A stretch of DNA of 64,000 nucleotides from Desulfobacterales bacterium (GTDB taxonomy: Bacteria; Desulfobacterota; Desulfobacteria; Desulfobacterales; UBA5616). Below are positions 30,025 to 39,437 of the stretch, one piece after another. The notes beneath the pieces were generated by a model, which did not search any database, was not told where the DNA came from, and saw nothing but the letters and a program-made list of their open reading frames with translations. The stretch lies in NCBI GenBank assembly GCA_046483495.1, contig JAWODC010000077.1, positions 1 to 64,000 on the forward strand, read 5' to 3'. The translations under genes were made by a program, and so were the position numbers. Within the stretch, counting starts at the first letter, position 1. Every line of letters starts with the position of its first letter.

Positions 30025-31050
30025 CTACTGCGATGCCAAAAAGTCTTGCGCCAGTTCACAGGCGCCGTCAACAATGAGCGGTGTCATGATGTGGGCGGTT
30101 TGGGTTTCATGCCGCGTGTGCACCCACCCCAGGTAGGTAAACGCCCGCGCCATCAAAAAAACCGGCATCATAGAAAGATATTGGTCGGGCATCGCGCGTT
30201 TTTTTCGATACCCTTCGATTACGGCATCCTGCAGCCGGCCGAAATTATCGTTTCCTATAAATGAGAAGAGATGGGTGGCCAAATCGAACAGGTGCCATCC
30301 CCAACCCGAATCATCGAAATCGATCAGGCGTATACCGTCATGGGTAACCAGAAGATTTTCCGGTAAAAAGTCCCCGTGGATCAATCCATAGCGGTCGCTT
30401 GAAAAGCCGAACGCCGACAATTTTCGATGAACGCATTCACGGGCGGCAATCATCAGCCGGCGCTGTTCGCCTGAAAGTGCGGGAAGCTCCCAAAATCGGC
30501 CCCAAAACGGATTTTCTCCAACCAGGCCCTCCACATCCCAGTGATGGCGGGTAAATCCTTCAGGCTTTTTCCATCGGGATGCCTGGTTATGCACATCGGC
30601 GGCTAATTCGCCGATGAGCCGGCATTGGGCTTCCTGAATCGCCACCTCACCAGCGGTGCCGTTTTCCAATGAGCCAAGCGGCTGTCCATCCACCCATTCA
30701 AGCAAGTCGCACTGCCGGGGTTCCGGAACTTCAGCAACGGCTGCGGTGCAGAACAGATCGCCGGTGGTTGTGGGAATTGCGGCCGGGGTTTTTATCCCGT
30801 AATCGTCAAGGGCGCGCATCCACGTAAGTTCGCAGGTCAATTCCTCATCCGAGTGGTAGCCGTATCGATGGATTCTCATGGCATAGGAGGCGCCGTTGTC
30901 GGCGGAAATACGAAAAACGGCATTTTCACGGTGTTTGATAAGTTCAACCGCGGGATCTTTCATGGCCCACTTTTTTGCCGCTTCCCTGGCAAGCATTGCA
31001 TACTTTTCAGCCTGCCGCCCGGGCGGCAGGCGATAAAAATCCTCCGCCAT
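30025..31050 (-). CDS. APH/choline-kinase-fold phosphotransferase (amino-alcohol kinase-like)
   Basis: ENAVFR, MRIHRYGYH, IHGDFLPENLL, IDFDDSGWGW. Confidence 0.88.
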   Translation of the reverse strand: MAEDFYRLPPGRQAEKYAMLAREAAKKWAMKDPAVELIKHRENAVFRISADNGASYAMRIHRYGYHSDEELTCELTWMRALDDYGIKTPAAIPTTTGDLFCTAAVAEVPEPRQCDLLEWVDGQPLGSLENGTAGEVAIQEAQCRLIGELAADVHNQASRWKKPEGFTRHHWDVEGLVGENPFWGRFWELPALSGEQRRLMIAARECVHRKLSAFGFSSDRYGLIHGDFLPENLLVTHDGIRLIDFDDSGWGWHLFDLATHLFSFIGNDNFGRLQDAVIEGYRKKRAMPDQYLSMMPVFLMARAFTYLGWVHTRHETQTAHIMTPLIVDGACELAQDFLASQ

Positions 31051-32324
31051 TACGCACCCCCTTTTTTCAAAGCGGATGCTTCGACTTCGGAAAGGGCATC
31101 TTCAAAACGTTCGAGTGCTTCATCACAAAATGAAACATCGATCAACAGGCCGGGCTTGAACTGGAGAACGGACAAATCGAAACCGGCAAAAATAGCCCAA
31201 ATGCCTTTGTCATAGAGGGCTTTCATCATCGTGACCGCTCCGTTCGCGTCATCGAATTTCAAGCCCATAATCAGTCCTTTTTGACGGATTTCAATCAAAT
31301 AAGGATGCCGCTTTTGGATATCTTCGAGACCTCCTCCCAGATATTCGGCGATGTTTCGCGCATGGTCAAGCACGGCCGGATCGCCGCAGATGTCAAGGAC
31401 GCGCGATCCGACGACACATCCTATTTCCGCGCCGCCGAAGGTCGACACATGGCCCCATCCGTTGTCCGTAAGCCAGGCCCCCACATCTTTTTTCATGACG
31501 GTCGCGGCTACCGGATACATGCCGCCCGAAAGCCCTTTTCCCGTAACGAGAATATCGGGTTTCACGCCCCATGCGTCGACGCCCCATACATGCCCGGTCC
31601 GCCCGAGTCCGGTCTGCACTTCATCGGCGATGTACAGTGATCCGTATCGTTCACAAAGTTTCTTGACGCCCGGCAGGTAATCGTCCCCCGGCACCGGGAA
31701 GCCGTAAGTGGCCGGGATGGTTTCCAGTATTACTGCGGCGATGTCCTTGTTGGAGAGGACCCCTTCCATGGCTTCCAGATCATTGAACGGCACCTTGATG
31801 TATTCACCGGGATAATCGCTTTTAAAGTAGCGGGCTGTCTTGTCGTCTCCAACGCCGCCGGAAAGCCCCGTCCGGCCATGATACCCCGCTTCTATACCGA
31901 CAATCTTCCGCTTTCCGGTAAAACGCCGTGAAGATTTTATGGCTACGTCATTGGCTTCACTGCCGCCGGATGCAAATACGGTGTAATGAAGCCCCGTTGC
32001 GGCTGCGAGCTTCTCTGCCAGGTCGGCCCTGGCTTCGCTGGGAAAATGATGGTTGCCGATATCCAATTCCGTGAGGGCCCGGGTTAACGTTTTCATAATC
32101 TCAGGATTTCGGTGGCCCAGGTTGAAAGTACCGCCGTTTAAGTGAAAATCCATCAGTTCATGACCGTCTAAATCCCACATGCGATACCCGTCCCGTTTGC
32201 CGATGACCAGGTCGATGCCGAACATATGAAATGTCTCTACACGTCCGGGAATGACATAGTTGTGGGAAAGATTCAGTGCCCGGCGTTTGCGTTTCGAGAA
32301 ACCATCAGGTGCGGAATACGTCAT
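31050..32324 (-). CDS. Class III PLP-dependent aminotransferase
   Basis: NLGHRNP, SGGSEAND, YHGRT, IADEVQTGLGRTG, GKGLSGG, STFGG. Confidence 0.93.
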   Translation of the reverse strand: MTYSAPDGFSKRKRRALNLSHNYVIPGRVETFHMFGIDLVIGKRDGYRMWDLDGHELMDFHLNGGTFNLGHRNPEIMKTLTRALTELDIGNHHFPSEARADLAEKLAAATGLHYTVFASGGSEANDVAIKSSRRFTGKRKIVGIEAGYHGRTGLSGGVGDDKTARYFKSDYPGEYIKVPFNDLEAMEGVLSNKDIAAVILETIPATYGFPVPGDDYLPGVKKLCERYGSLYIADEVQTGLGRTGHVWGVDAWGVKPDILVTGKGLSGGMYPVAATVMKKDVGAWLTDNGWGHVSTFGGAEIGCVVGSRVLDICGDPAVLDHARNIAEYLGGGLEDIQKRHPYLIEIRQKGLIMGLKFDDANGAVTMMKALYDKGIWAIFAGFDLSVLQFKPGLLIDVSFCDEALERFEDALSEVEASALKKGGA

Positions 32325-32675
32325 ATTTTTCTCCTCTATAAAGGCGACCCGGCTGATTGAGTGATAACGGGCCTATTCACGTGTGTAAGAGGACTTGCCG
32401 TTCGGCCTTGACGAAGAAATCGGGACAAAAGAAAGCGTTTAAAATTTTTTTTAACCACAGGCGCCGGCGCATGGCCGAATTGCTGCGTTGTTGCGCCCGA
32501 AATTCGGATTATAGGCAAATAACCGGAAATGACAATAAAAAAAACAGCTGCTGCGGCGTACGGCTTTACATCCACAGGCAAATTGTGTATCGTGTTCACA
32601 CGAAAAGCGCCTTCCTGATTTGCTTCACGTTTTATTCTTTTTCGATATAATCACCCAAACGAAAAGGGGGCTGAG

Positions 32676-33644
32676 TTGAACCTTACAGATGAACAAAAAA
32701 TCCAAATGCTTGCCACGATGCTGCGCATTCGACGGTTTGAGGAAACCATCGAGGAACTGGTCCTTACCGGAAAGATATCCGGGTTCGTTCACCTGTACAT
32801 CGGTGAAGAGGCCGTGGCAACCGGTGTATGCGCTGCACTCGCCACGTCCGATTACATCACGAGCACCCACAGGGGGCATGGCCATCTTATCGCAAAGGGC
32901 GGTGACGTCCGAATGATGATGGCGGAAATATTCGGAAAGGCCACCGGATATTGCAAGGGAAAGGGCGGCTCGATGCACATCGCGGATCTGGACCTCGGGA
33001 TTCTGGGTGCCAACGGCATTGTCGGGGGCGGGCCTCCGCTTGCCGCCGGAGCCGGACTGGCATGCCGGTACAAGGGCTCCCATGCGGTTTGTGTATGCTT
33101 TTTCGGTGACGGCGCCTCCAACCAGGGCACGACTCATGAAGCCATGAATCTGGCATCGATTTTCAAGCTGCCGGTTGTGTTCGTTGCCGAGAACAACCGA
33201 TTCGCCGAATTCACCCGGCAGTCCAACCATCAGAACATCGAATCCGTTGCCGAAAGGGCCGCCGCGTACGGCATTCCCGGCGTGGTCGTTGACGGAAATG
33301 ATCTTCCGGCGGTCTATGAGGCGGCTTTTGAAGCGGTCGGCAGGGCACGGGAAGGGAAGGGCCCCACATTGCTGGAGTGCATGACTTACCGCATCAAGGG
33401 GCACTATGTCGGCGATCCGGAAAGATATCGTGCACCCGAAGAAGTTGAGGAGTGGAGAGGCGCGGAAAAGGACCCGATCCTGCGGTTTGAAAAACGCCTT
33501 CTCCAATCCAAGTCGGTAAGCCGGGAGCAAATCGATGAAGTGAAAGCGGCCGTCAAGCGGGAGATCGAAGAGGCTGTCGTTTTTGCTACGGAGAGTCCTG
33601 TGCCGGAGGCATCGGAGTTGTATACGGATGTTTATGCGGATTAA
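32676..33644 (+). CDS. TPP-dependent dehydrogenase E1 alpha subunit (AcoA/PdhA-like), TTG start
   Basis: HLYIGEEA, STHRGHGH, GKGGSMH, FFGDGA...ENN, TYRIKGH. Confidence 0.93.
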   Translation: MNLTDEQKIQMLATMLRIRRFEETIEELVLTGKISGFVHLYIGEEAVATGVCAALATSDYITSTHRGHGHLIAKGGDVRMMMAEIFGKATGYCKGKGGSMHIADLDLGILGANGIVGGGPPLAAGAGLACRYKGSHAVCVCFFGDGASNQGTTHEAMNLASIFKLPVVFVAENNRFAEFTRQSNHQNIESVAERAAAYGIPGVVVDGNDLPAVYEAAFEAVGRAREGKGPTLLECMTYRIKGHYVGDPERYRAPEEVEEWRGAEKDPILRFEKRLLQSKSVSREQIDEVKAAVKREIEEAVVFATESPVPEASELYTDVYAD

Positions 33645-33646
33645 AA

Positions 33647-33739
33647 GGGTGATGGGTGATGGGTAGGTGATGGGTTATGGGTTGATGGGCGAATCGTGAA
33701 TCGTGAATGGGGGCTGAAAGCTGAAGGCTCAAGGCTCGA
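33647..33739. repeat. Mosaic of heptamer tracts (GGGTGAT, CGTGAAT, GCTGAAG)
   Basis: Read directly after the E1 alpha stop codon. Confidence 0.88.
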
Positions 33740-33751
33740 ATTTAAAGAGGA

Positions 33752-34108
33752 TTGGGTCTTAATCCCCCCCATCCCGGCCTTCCCCCTCCAGGGGTGAAGG
33801 GGACATGCAGCGAAAATTGTAAAGTATTCCACATTCGGGTTTTTTTGATTATATGTTCGAGCGGCTGCTTCGCGCCGCTGAATAGAAAAGCATGCCGAAA
33901 ATATTTTTTATATCTTAAGCGAAGCGAACGGGTGTGTACAACCCCTTGACCCATATGACCATGACCAAAAAACAAACCGTGATCAAAGCGAACGGCACTT
34001 TTATTTACTTGTTGAAAATTAATGAATTACGATTAGTGGACTCACGGCGGAACAACTCCCCTTCCCCACTGGAGGGGGAAGGCCGGGATGGGGGGGATAA
34101 AGATCCAA
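33752..34108. mobile_element. MITE/REP-mosaic-like element, family A (full copy)
   Basis: Terminal inverted repeats; reverse-complement homolog of 59711-60060 over most of its length. Confidence 0.85.
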
Positions 34109-34164
34109 GCCACTGACTTTTAATGGTTTACTTTACATATTTAAAATCGCGTGTTAGCGGTCGA

Positions 34165-34240
34165 GTTATCGGTATCGATATCGAAATTCAAAAAGAAAAA
34201 AAACGATCCCGATCCCGATCCCGATTCCGATACCGATAAC
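34165..34240. repeat. Hexamer tract (CGATCC/CGATAC)n bounded by a 13 bp inverted repeat
   Basis: gttatcggtatcg (34165-34177) pairs with cgataccgataac (34228-34240). Confidence 0.85.
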
Positions 34241-34268
34241 AATTGAAAACCCCATAGGAGGACAGACG

Positions 34269-35252
34269 ATGGCGACGATGAATATGGCACAGGCGATCAA
34301 CAGCGCATTAATGAACGAAATGGAGCGTGATGAAAACGTTTTCATGATCGGTGTCGATTTAAAATCCGGTGTAATGGGTGTCACGGCCGGCCTTCAAAAA
34401 AAATTTGGAGACCGGCGGATTATCGATACACCGATTACCGAAAGCGCCGTCGTGGGCGCGGCGGTAGGAGCTGCCGCCGTAGGTCTCAGGCCGGTCGCCG
34501 AACTGATGTTTGTCGATTTCATCGGCGTTTGTTTCGACCAGCTGTTCAACCAGGCGGCAAAAATGCGGTACATGTTCGGCGGCAAGGCCCGCATTCCGAT
34601 GGTCCTGCGCACCTGCTTCGGCGCCGGGATGGGAGCGGCGGCCCAGCACAGCCAGTCCCTGGAAGCCTGGTTTATGCATGTGCCGGGCTTGAAAGTGGTC
34701 ATGCCCAGCACGCCTTACGATGCCAAGGGCCTCCTGATATCGGCGATTCGAGACGACAATCCGGTCGTCGTCATGGAGCATAAAGGGCTGTACTTCATGC
34801 CCGGAGCCGTCGATGTGCCGGAACAGGCGTATACGCTGCCGCTGGGAAAAGCGGACATCAAACGCCAAGGGTCCGACGTAACCGTTGTCGCCACCGGACT
34901 GATGGTGCATACGGCACTTGGGGCCGCCGAAGCATTGTCGCAGGAAGGGATCGAACTGGAGATCATCGATCCCATGACATTGTCGCCGCTGGACGAGGCG
35001 ACCATTATCGATTCCGTCAAGAAAACCGGACGCCTGATCGTTATGCATGAGGAAGTGAAATTCGCAGGATCGGGAGCGGAAATAGCCGCCATGGCGGCTG
35101 AAAAATGCTTTGATGATCTGGATGCCCCGATTTTGCGCATCGGTGCACCGTTTACACCGGTCCCCTTCGCAGCCGGTCTGGAGGGCAAATTCATTCCAAG
35201 TGCCGAACAGCTTATTGACGCCGCCAAAAAAATTATGGGAAAAAACGCCTGA
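34269..35252 (+). CDS. TPP-dependent dehydrogenase E1 beta subunit (AcoB/PdhB-like)
   Basis: IIDTPITE, ELMFVDF, AAQHSQSLE, PSTPYDAKGLL; AGGAGG RBS. Confidence 0.94.
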   Translation: MATMNMAQAINSALMNEMERDENVFMIGVDLKSGVMGVTAGLQKKFGDRRIIDTPITESAVVGAAVGAAAVGLRPVAELMFVDFIGVCFDQLFNQAAKMRYMFGGKARIPMVLRTCFGAGMGAAAQHSQSLEAWFMHVPGLKVVMPSTPYDAKGLLISAIRDDNPVVVMEHKGLYFMPGAVDVPEQAYTLPLGKADIKRQGSDVTVVATGLMVHTALGAAEALSQEGIELEIIDPMTLSPLDEATIIDSVKKTGRLIVMHEEVKFAGSGAEIAAMAAEKCFDDLDAPILRIGAPFTPVPFAAGLEGKFIPSAEQLIDAAKKIMGKNA

Positions 35253-35284
35253 TCCGACATGCAAAGAAGAGGGAGTAGTCGAAA

Positions 35285-36301
35285 ATGGACATGGAAGAAA
35301 TTCAGCCGCGATTAACCCGGTTCTGCCGGGCGAAATACAAGGATGACAATGCTGTTATAACCGACATTTGCAAGATGCCGGGGCATGCGGGATTCAGTTA
35401 CGGATTCACCGTGAAATCCGGTGACCGATCGGAATCCTGGTACATCCGTCTGCCGCCGCCGAACGTTCAGTGGAAGGGAACCGCCGACGTGCTGCGGCAG
35501 GTCGCCATTCTGAACGCATTGGACGAGACCGATGTGCCCCATTGCACGGTGAAATGGTCCGGGGACGATTTGGAGTGGTTCGGATGCCCCTATTTTATCG
35601 TTCCGCTCCTGGAAGGCGAGGTGCTTGGGGTTGGGTTGGAGCCGGGGAGATGGGCTGACCGGATGTCCGAGGAACAGACGCGTGGTCTCGGTCGACAGAT
35701 CATGACCGCCTTGGCGGAAATTCATCGGGTGGATTGGGAAAAAAAGGCATCGTATTTAGGGCCGCCCATTCCCTTCGATCAGGATGTGCTGCGTTGGGAC
35801 CGCTTCCTTGACCGCTGTGCGGAACCGGAGCGTTTTGAGCATGCCGCCGAGGTGCGGCGGCTGCTTTTGGAAAAATATCCCGAAAAAACGCCGATCGGGG
35901 TATTTCACGGCGATTTCCAGGCGTCCAATCTTTTCTGTTCGTATGATGGAAACCTGCTTGCCGTAATTGATTGGGAGCTGGTGGGAATCGGTTCCACCTT
36001 GAATGACGTGGGGTGGGTGGCGACCTTCTCCGATGAAAAAGCATGGTCGACGGAGGGTTCCGGACGGCGGATGTTTCTTGACCCGGAAACGCTGACCTCG
36101 ATGTATATCGATGCGTACGGCGCCCCGCTGCCCGATCTTCGGTGGTTCAGGGCGTTGGCCGGCTACAAGTTCGCCATTATTTCCGGATTCAACCTGAGTC
36201 TTCACCGCAGGGGCAAACGTCCGGATCCGTTGTGGGAGGACATGCGGTTTTCCATCGATACACTGATGGGCAGGGCATTGGAATTGCTGCAGGCGATATA
36301 A
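35285..36301 (+). CDS. APH-family phosphotransferase (ACAD10/11 N-terminal domain / LvaA-like)
   Basis: ADVLRQ, GCPYFI, LAEIHRVDW, FHGDFQASN, VIDWEL. Confidence 0.85.
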   Translation: MDMEEIQPRLTRFCRAKYKDDNAVITDICKMPGHAGFSYGFTVKSGDRSESWYIRLPPPNVQWKGTADVLRQVAILNALDETDVPHCTVKWSGDDLEWFGCPYFIVPLLEGEVLGVGLEPGRWADRMSEEQTRGLGRQIMTALAEIHRVDWEKKASYLGPPIPFDQDVLRWDRFLDRCAEPERFEHAAEVRRLLLEKYPEKTPIGVFHGDFQASNLFCSYDGNLLAVIDWELVGIGSTLNDVGWVATFSDEKAWSTEGSGRRMFLDPETLTSMYIDAYGAPLPDLRWFRALAGYKFAIISGFNLSLHRRGKRPDPLWEDMRFSIDTLMGRALELLQAI

Positions 36302-36362
36302 AGCATTCAGCGATTACAGCGATCAGCATGTGCATCGATTCAAAAAGAGCAGGGGGTATTTG

Positions 36363-37118
36363 ATGAAGAATTACTTGGATATGAGCGGAAAGACGGTGTT
36401 GATTACCGGCGGGAGCCGTGGACTGGGAAGGGCCATGGCCCTTGGGTTTGCCGAACAGGGGGCGGATATTGCAGTTGTGAGCCGAAAAATGGAGGCGTGC
36501 GAAAAAACCGCTGAGGAAGTGCGGGCCTTCGGGGTCAAGGCATTTCCCTATGCGTGCAATGTCGGCCATTGGGATGCCCTTTCAACCATGGCGGAAGCCG
36601 TTTACGACCATTTCGGCAAGGTGGATGTGTTGATCAACAATGCCGGCATGTCCCCCCTCGCACCATCTTCGCTGGAAACCGGCGAAGCTTTATTCGATAA
36701 AGTCATCGCCGTTAATTTCAAGGGGCCTTTTCGACTTTCCGCCCTGGTGGGCTCACGGATGGCGGCGGAAGCAGGCGGATGCATCATCAACATCAGCAGC
36801 ATCGCAGCCATCCGGCCGAAACCCGAAACGGCGCCGTATTCCGGAGCCAAAGCGGCCCTGAATGCGATCACCGAAGCGTATGCCCACGAGTACGGCCCGA
36901 AGGTCAGGGTCAATTGTATTATGTGCGGTCCCTTTCTTACCGATGTATCCGTGGTGTGGGCCCATACGGAGGAATTCAAAGCTCGGGCCAAGGCGGAATT
37001 CGCCCTGGAGCGTGCCGGAAAACCCGAAGAAATCGTTACGACGGCATTGTACCTGGCAAGCGATGCCTCGAGTTTTACTACCGGAGCCGTAATTCGCCTT
37101 GACGGGGGAACGCCTTAG
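36363..37118 (+). CDS. Short-chain dehydrogenase/reductase
   Basis: TGGSRGLG, NNAG, YSGAK, VRVNCIMCGPF. Confidence 0.95.
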   Translation: MKNYLDMSGKTVLITGGSRGLGRAMALGFAEQGADIAVVSRKMEACEKTAEEVRAFGVKAFPYACNVGHWDALSTMAEAVYDHFGKVDVLINNAGMSPLAPSSLETGEALFDKVIAVNFKGPFRLSALVGSRMAAEAGGCIINISSIAAIRPKPETAPYSGAKAALNAITEAYAHEYGPKVRVNCIMCGPFLTDVSVVWAHTEEFKARAKAEFALERAGKPEEIVTTALYLASDASSFTTGAVIRLDGGTP

Positions 37119-37180
37119 GCCGGCGGATGGAACCCGGACCGTTTTCATCGTAAAACCGCTGTTCGGAAACGGTTTCCGGA

Positions 37181-37729
37181 TTATGGCCGCCGATATAAAA
37201 AGATGGGATCGTGATGCAAGGGTCCTTCAGGATAAATAACAGCATTGGGTGAGAGGCCCGGCAGGGGGAAATTAAACGAAACGATGGCTGCACCCGACGG
37301 CAGCTCGGATTTTAATTTATCGGCCAATTTTGCCGTCACATCAGGGAAAAGGTAGCAAAAGACCACATCGGCGCTTGAAAGGTCCGCCTGCCAGAAGTTT
37401 TGCCGCCGGATGCTGATGCGCCTGAATTTCCGGCATAACAGCCTCGCCTTGAAATAGGCAAGCAGGTTGATTTCATATCCGATGCACGCGGCACCGCATG
37501 TTCGGGAGAAGGTCCGAAGTACCCGTCCGTCCCCGCATCCCAAATCTACGGCCGTCGTAATGCCGGCCGGCAATGCCGCAATTGCCGCGTGGATGCGCTC
37601 GAGCGAAGTGGAGACATACAGTGCCCCACCGGTCTTCGGCAGTGCACATGCCGCTGATGCCAGGTAGGCCATCTTACCGGCAAACAGCAGAAAAAAGGCG
37701 ATCAGGCATATCCATATGAAGTGCGCCAT
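37181..37729 (-). CDS. Membrane-anchored class I SAM methyltransferase
   Basis: N-terminal TM, VDLGCGDGR, GYEIN, ADVVFCYL. Confidence 0.88.
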   Translation of the reverse strand: MAHFIWICLIAFFLLFAGKMAYLASAACALPKTGGALYVSTSLERIHAAIAALPAGITTAVDLGCGDGRVLRTFSRTCGAACIGYEINLLAYFKARLLCRKFRRISIRRQNFWQADLSSADVVFCYLFPDVTAKLADKLKSELPSGAAIVSFNFPLPGLSPNAVIYPEGPLHHDPIFLYRRP

Positions 37730-37774
37730 AGGCTCGAACCGCCGGAGGGCCGATGCGGCTTGGTAAAAGATGGA

Positions 37775-38542
37775 TTAGTAACCGCTGATCAGGTCCCGCC
37801 TTTTTCGGTCGTATTCCTCTTCCGTAATAAGCCCCTTTTGCACGAGGCCCTCGAGTGTCGTCAATTTGGTTTCGATATCCCGGGGATCTGCCGCACCTTC
37901 AACAGGCAATCGCAAGGGGCGCTCCTGTTTTTCCGCCTTCGTGCTGAACAGACGGGATACGAGACCGAAAATTCGCTTTATGCCCTGCCAGATTTTCGGC
38001 AGAATCCATATCATCAACAGGATAAACAGAATCAGGAGGACAACGAAAACCCAGGGGTAATTCAGGGCCGTCCACAAACCGCCGACAACAAGGACATCCT
38101 CTCCGATCGAGGCCGCCCAATTGGTAAACGGTTCAGGGGAGGCGTTGATGATGGCCCGCGAACCGCTTTTGGTGGCGTGGCTGCCGGCTGACAATGATCC
38201 GCCGACAATGGCAGCCGCCAAAGCCGCAGGTTGGCTTACATCCGAAACGGCTCCGTAGGCCAGCACGGCGCCTGCGGGAATGCGCACGAACGTGTGCAGT
38301 GCATCCCAGCCCGAATCCACACCCGGTATTTTGTCTGCAAAAAACTCGACAGCATACATCAATCCGGCGGCAAAAATAACCAGGGGGCTGGCCAGAACCT
38401 GAAGGTCGGGCGGCAGGGATACACTTCCCGTGGCCTGCAGAATACCGAGCACCAGGATTGTGGCATAAAGATTGATTCCACTGGCCCATGCGGCTCCCAT
38501 CGATATCGAAATATACTGAATGACGGTATTCAATTGTTCCAC
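37775..38542 (-). CDS. DUF4126 membrane protein with C-terminal SHOCT-like domain
   Basis: WASGINLYA, EFFADKIP, SPEPFTN; tail GLITEEEYDRKR. Confidence 0.88.
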   Translation of the reverse strand: MEQLNTVIQYISISMGAAWASGINLYATILVLGILQATGSVSLPPDLQVLASPLVIFAAGLMYAVEFFADKIPGVDSGWDALHTFVRIPAGAVLAYGAVSDVSQPAALAAAIVGGSLSAGSHATKSGSRAIINASPEPFTNWAASIGEDVLVVGGLWTALNYPWVFVVLLILFILLMIWILPKIWQGIKRIFGLVSRLFSTKAEKQERPLRLPVEGAADPRDIETKLTTLEGLVQKGLITEEEYDRKRRDLISGY

Positions 38543-39020
38543 GGTTACATTCTCCCGGTTTTCATATTTCTGATGCCCGAACCGAATCCGGTTTTACAAC
38601 CGAAAATGCAGGATGTTCCTGGTTTGGCCGGTCTCGCGTTCAGCGTCCTGGAGAAACTGAAACCGCCCTGAACGCCTTGGAAAATGCACAATGACTTGAG
38701 CTGAGTCCGGCGCAATATGGTTTTTCTATATCACATCGATTTCCAAATACAAAACCATTATAATAGGTCGTCATGTGCGACGGCATTAATCTGTTGCGCG
38801 CCCGTCTCTCCCGCTTCGCGACCGATCCACTCTGCCCCTCGATCTGCAAAATCGAGTCAAACCGCTTCTATCCGGTCGTAATGATTCAAAACACCGATTA
38901 TTTCGAGTAAGCGTGCAAAAAAAAATTGGCCGGCACCTGTAATATTTCCTTGTAGAAATGTTCATTTTGAATTAAAACTCACCAATATAAAAAAATTGCA
39001 AGGAGTATTTATGGACGTCG

Positions 39021-39437
39021 ATGAAAAATCAAACTGTTACACTAGAGGACAAGAATTCAAAGGAGTTTTGCGTACGTGACGGTGAAATGGCCTATGCCGG
39101 CATTCACCTGATCATCGAACTGTGGAATGCCCGGCATTTAACCAGCCCGTCACGTATTCGTGAAATCCTCATTCAGGCTATCGAAAGGTGCGGAGCGACC
39201 TTGCTCAGCATCGACCTTCACATCTTCTCACCCAACGGCGGCGTCTCAGGCGTAGCCGTCCTCCAGGAATCCCATTTAAGCATTCATACCTGGCCCGAGT
39301 ATCACTATGCGGCAATCGATATTTTCGTTTGCGGTACGATAAATCCCCGCCTGGCCCTGGACGTATTGGAAAAGGGATTCTCTCCCGAGTCGATACAGGT
39401 TAAAGAAATAAAAAGGGGGATTGGAATTACGCCATGA
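39021..39437 (+). CDS. speD: S-adenosylmethionine decarboxylase proenzyme
   Basis: AGIHLIIELW, GGVSGVAVLQESHLSIHTWPE, IDIFVCG. Confidence 0.95.
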   Translation: MKNQTVTLEDKNSKEFCVRDGEMAYAGIHLIIELWNARHLTSPSRIREILIQAIERCGATLLSIDLHIFSPNGGVSGVAVLQESHLSIHTWPEYHYAAIDIFVCGTINPRLALDVLEKGFSPESIQVKEIKRGIGITP

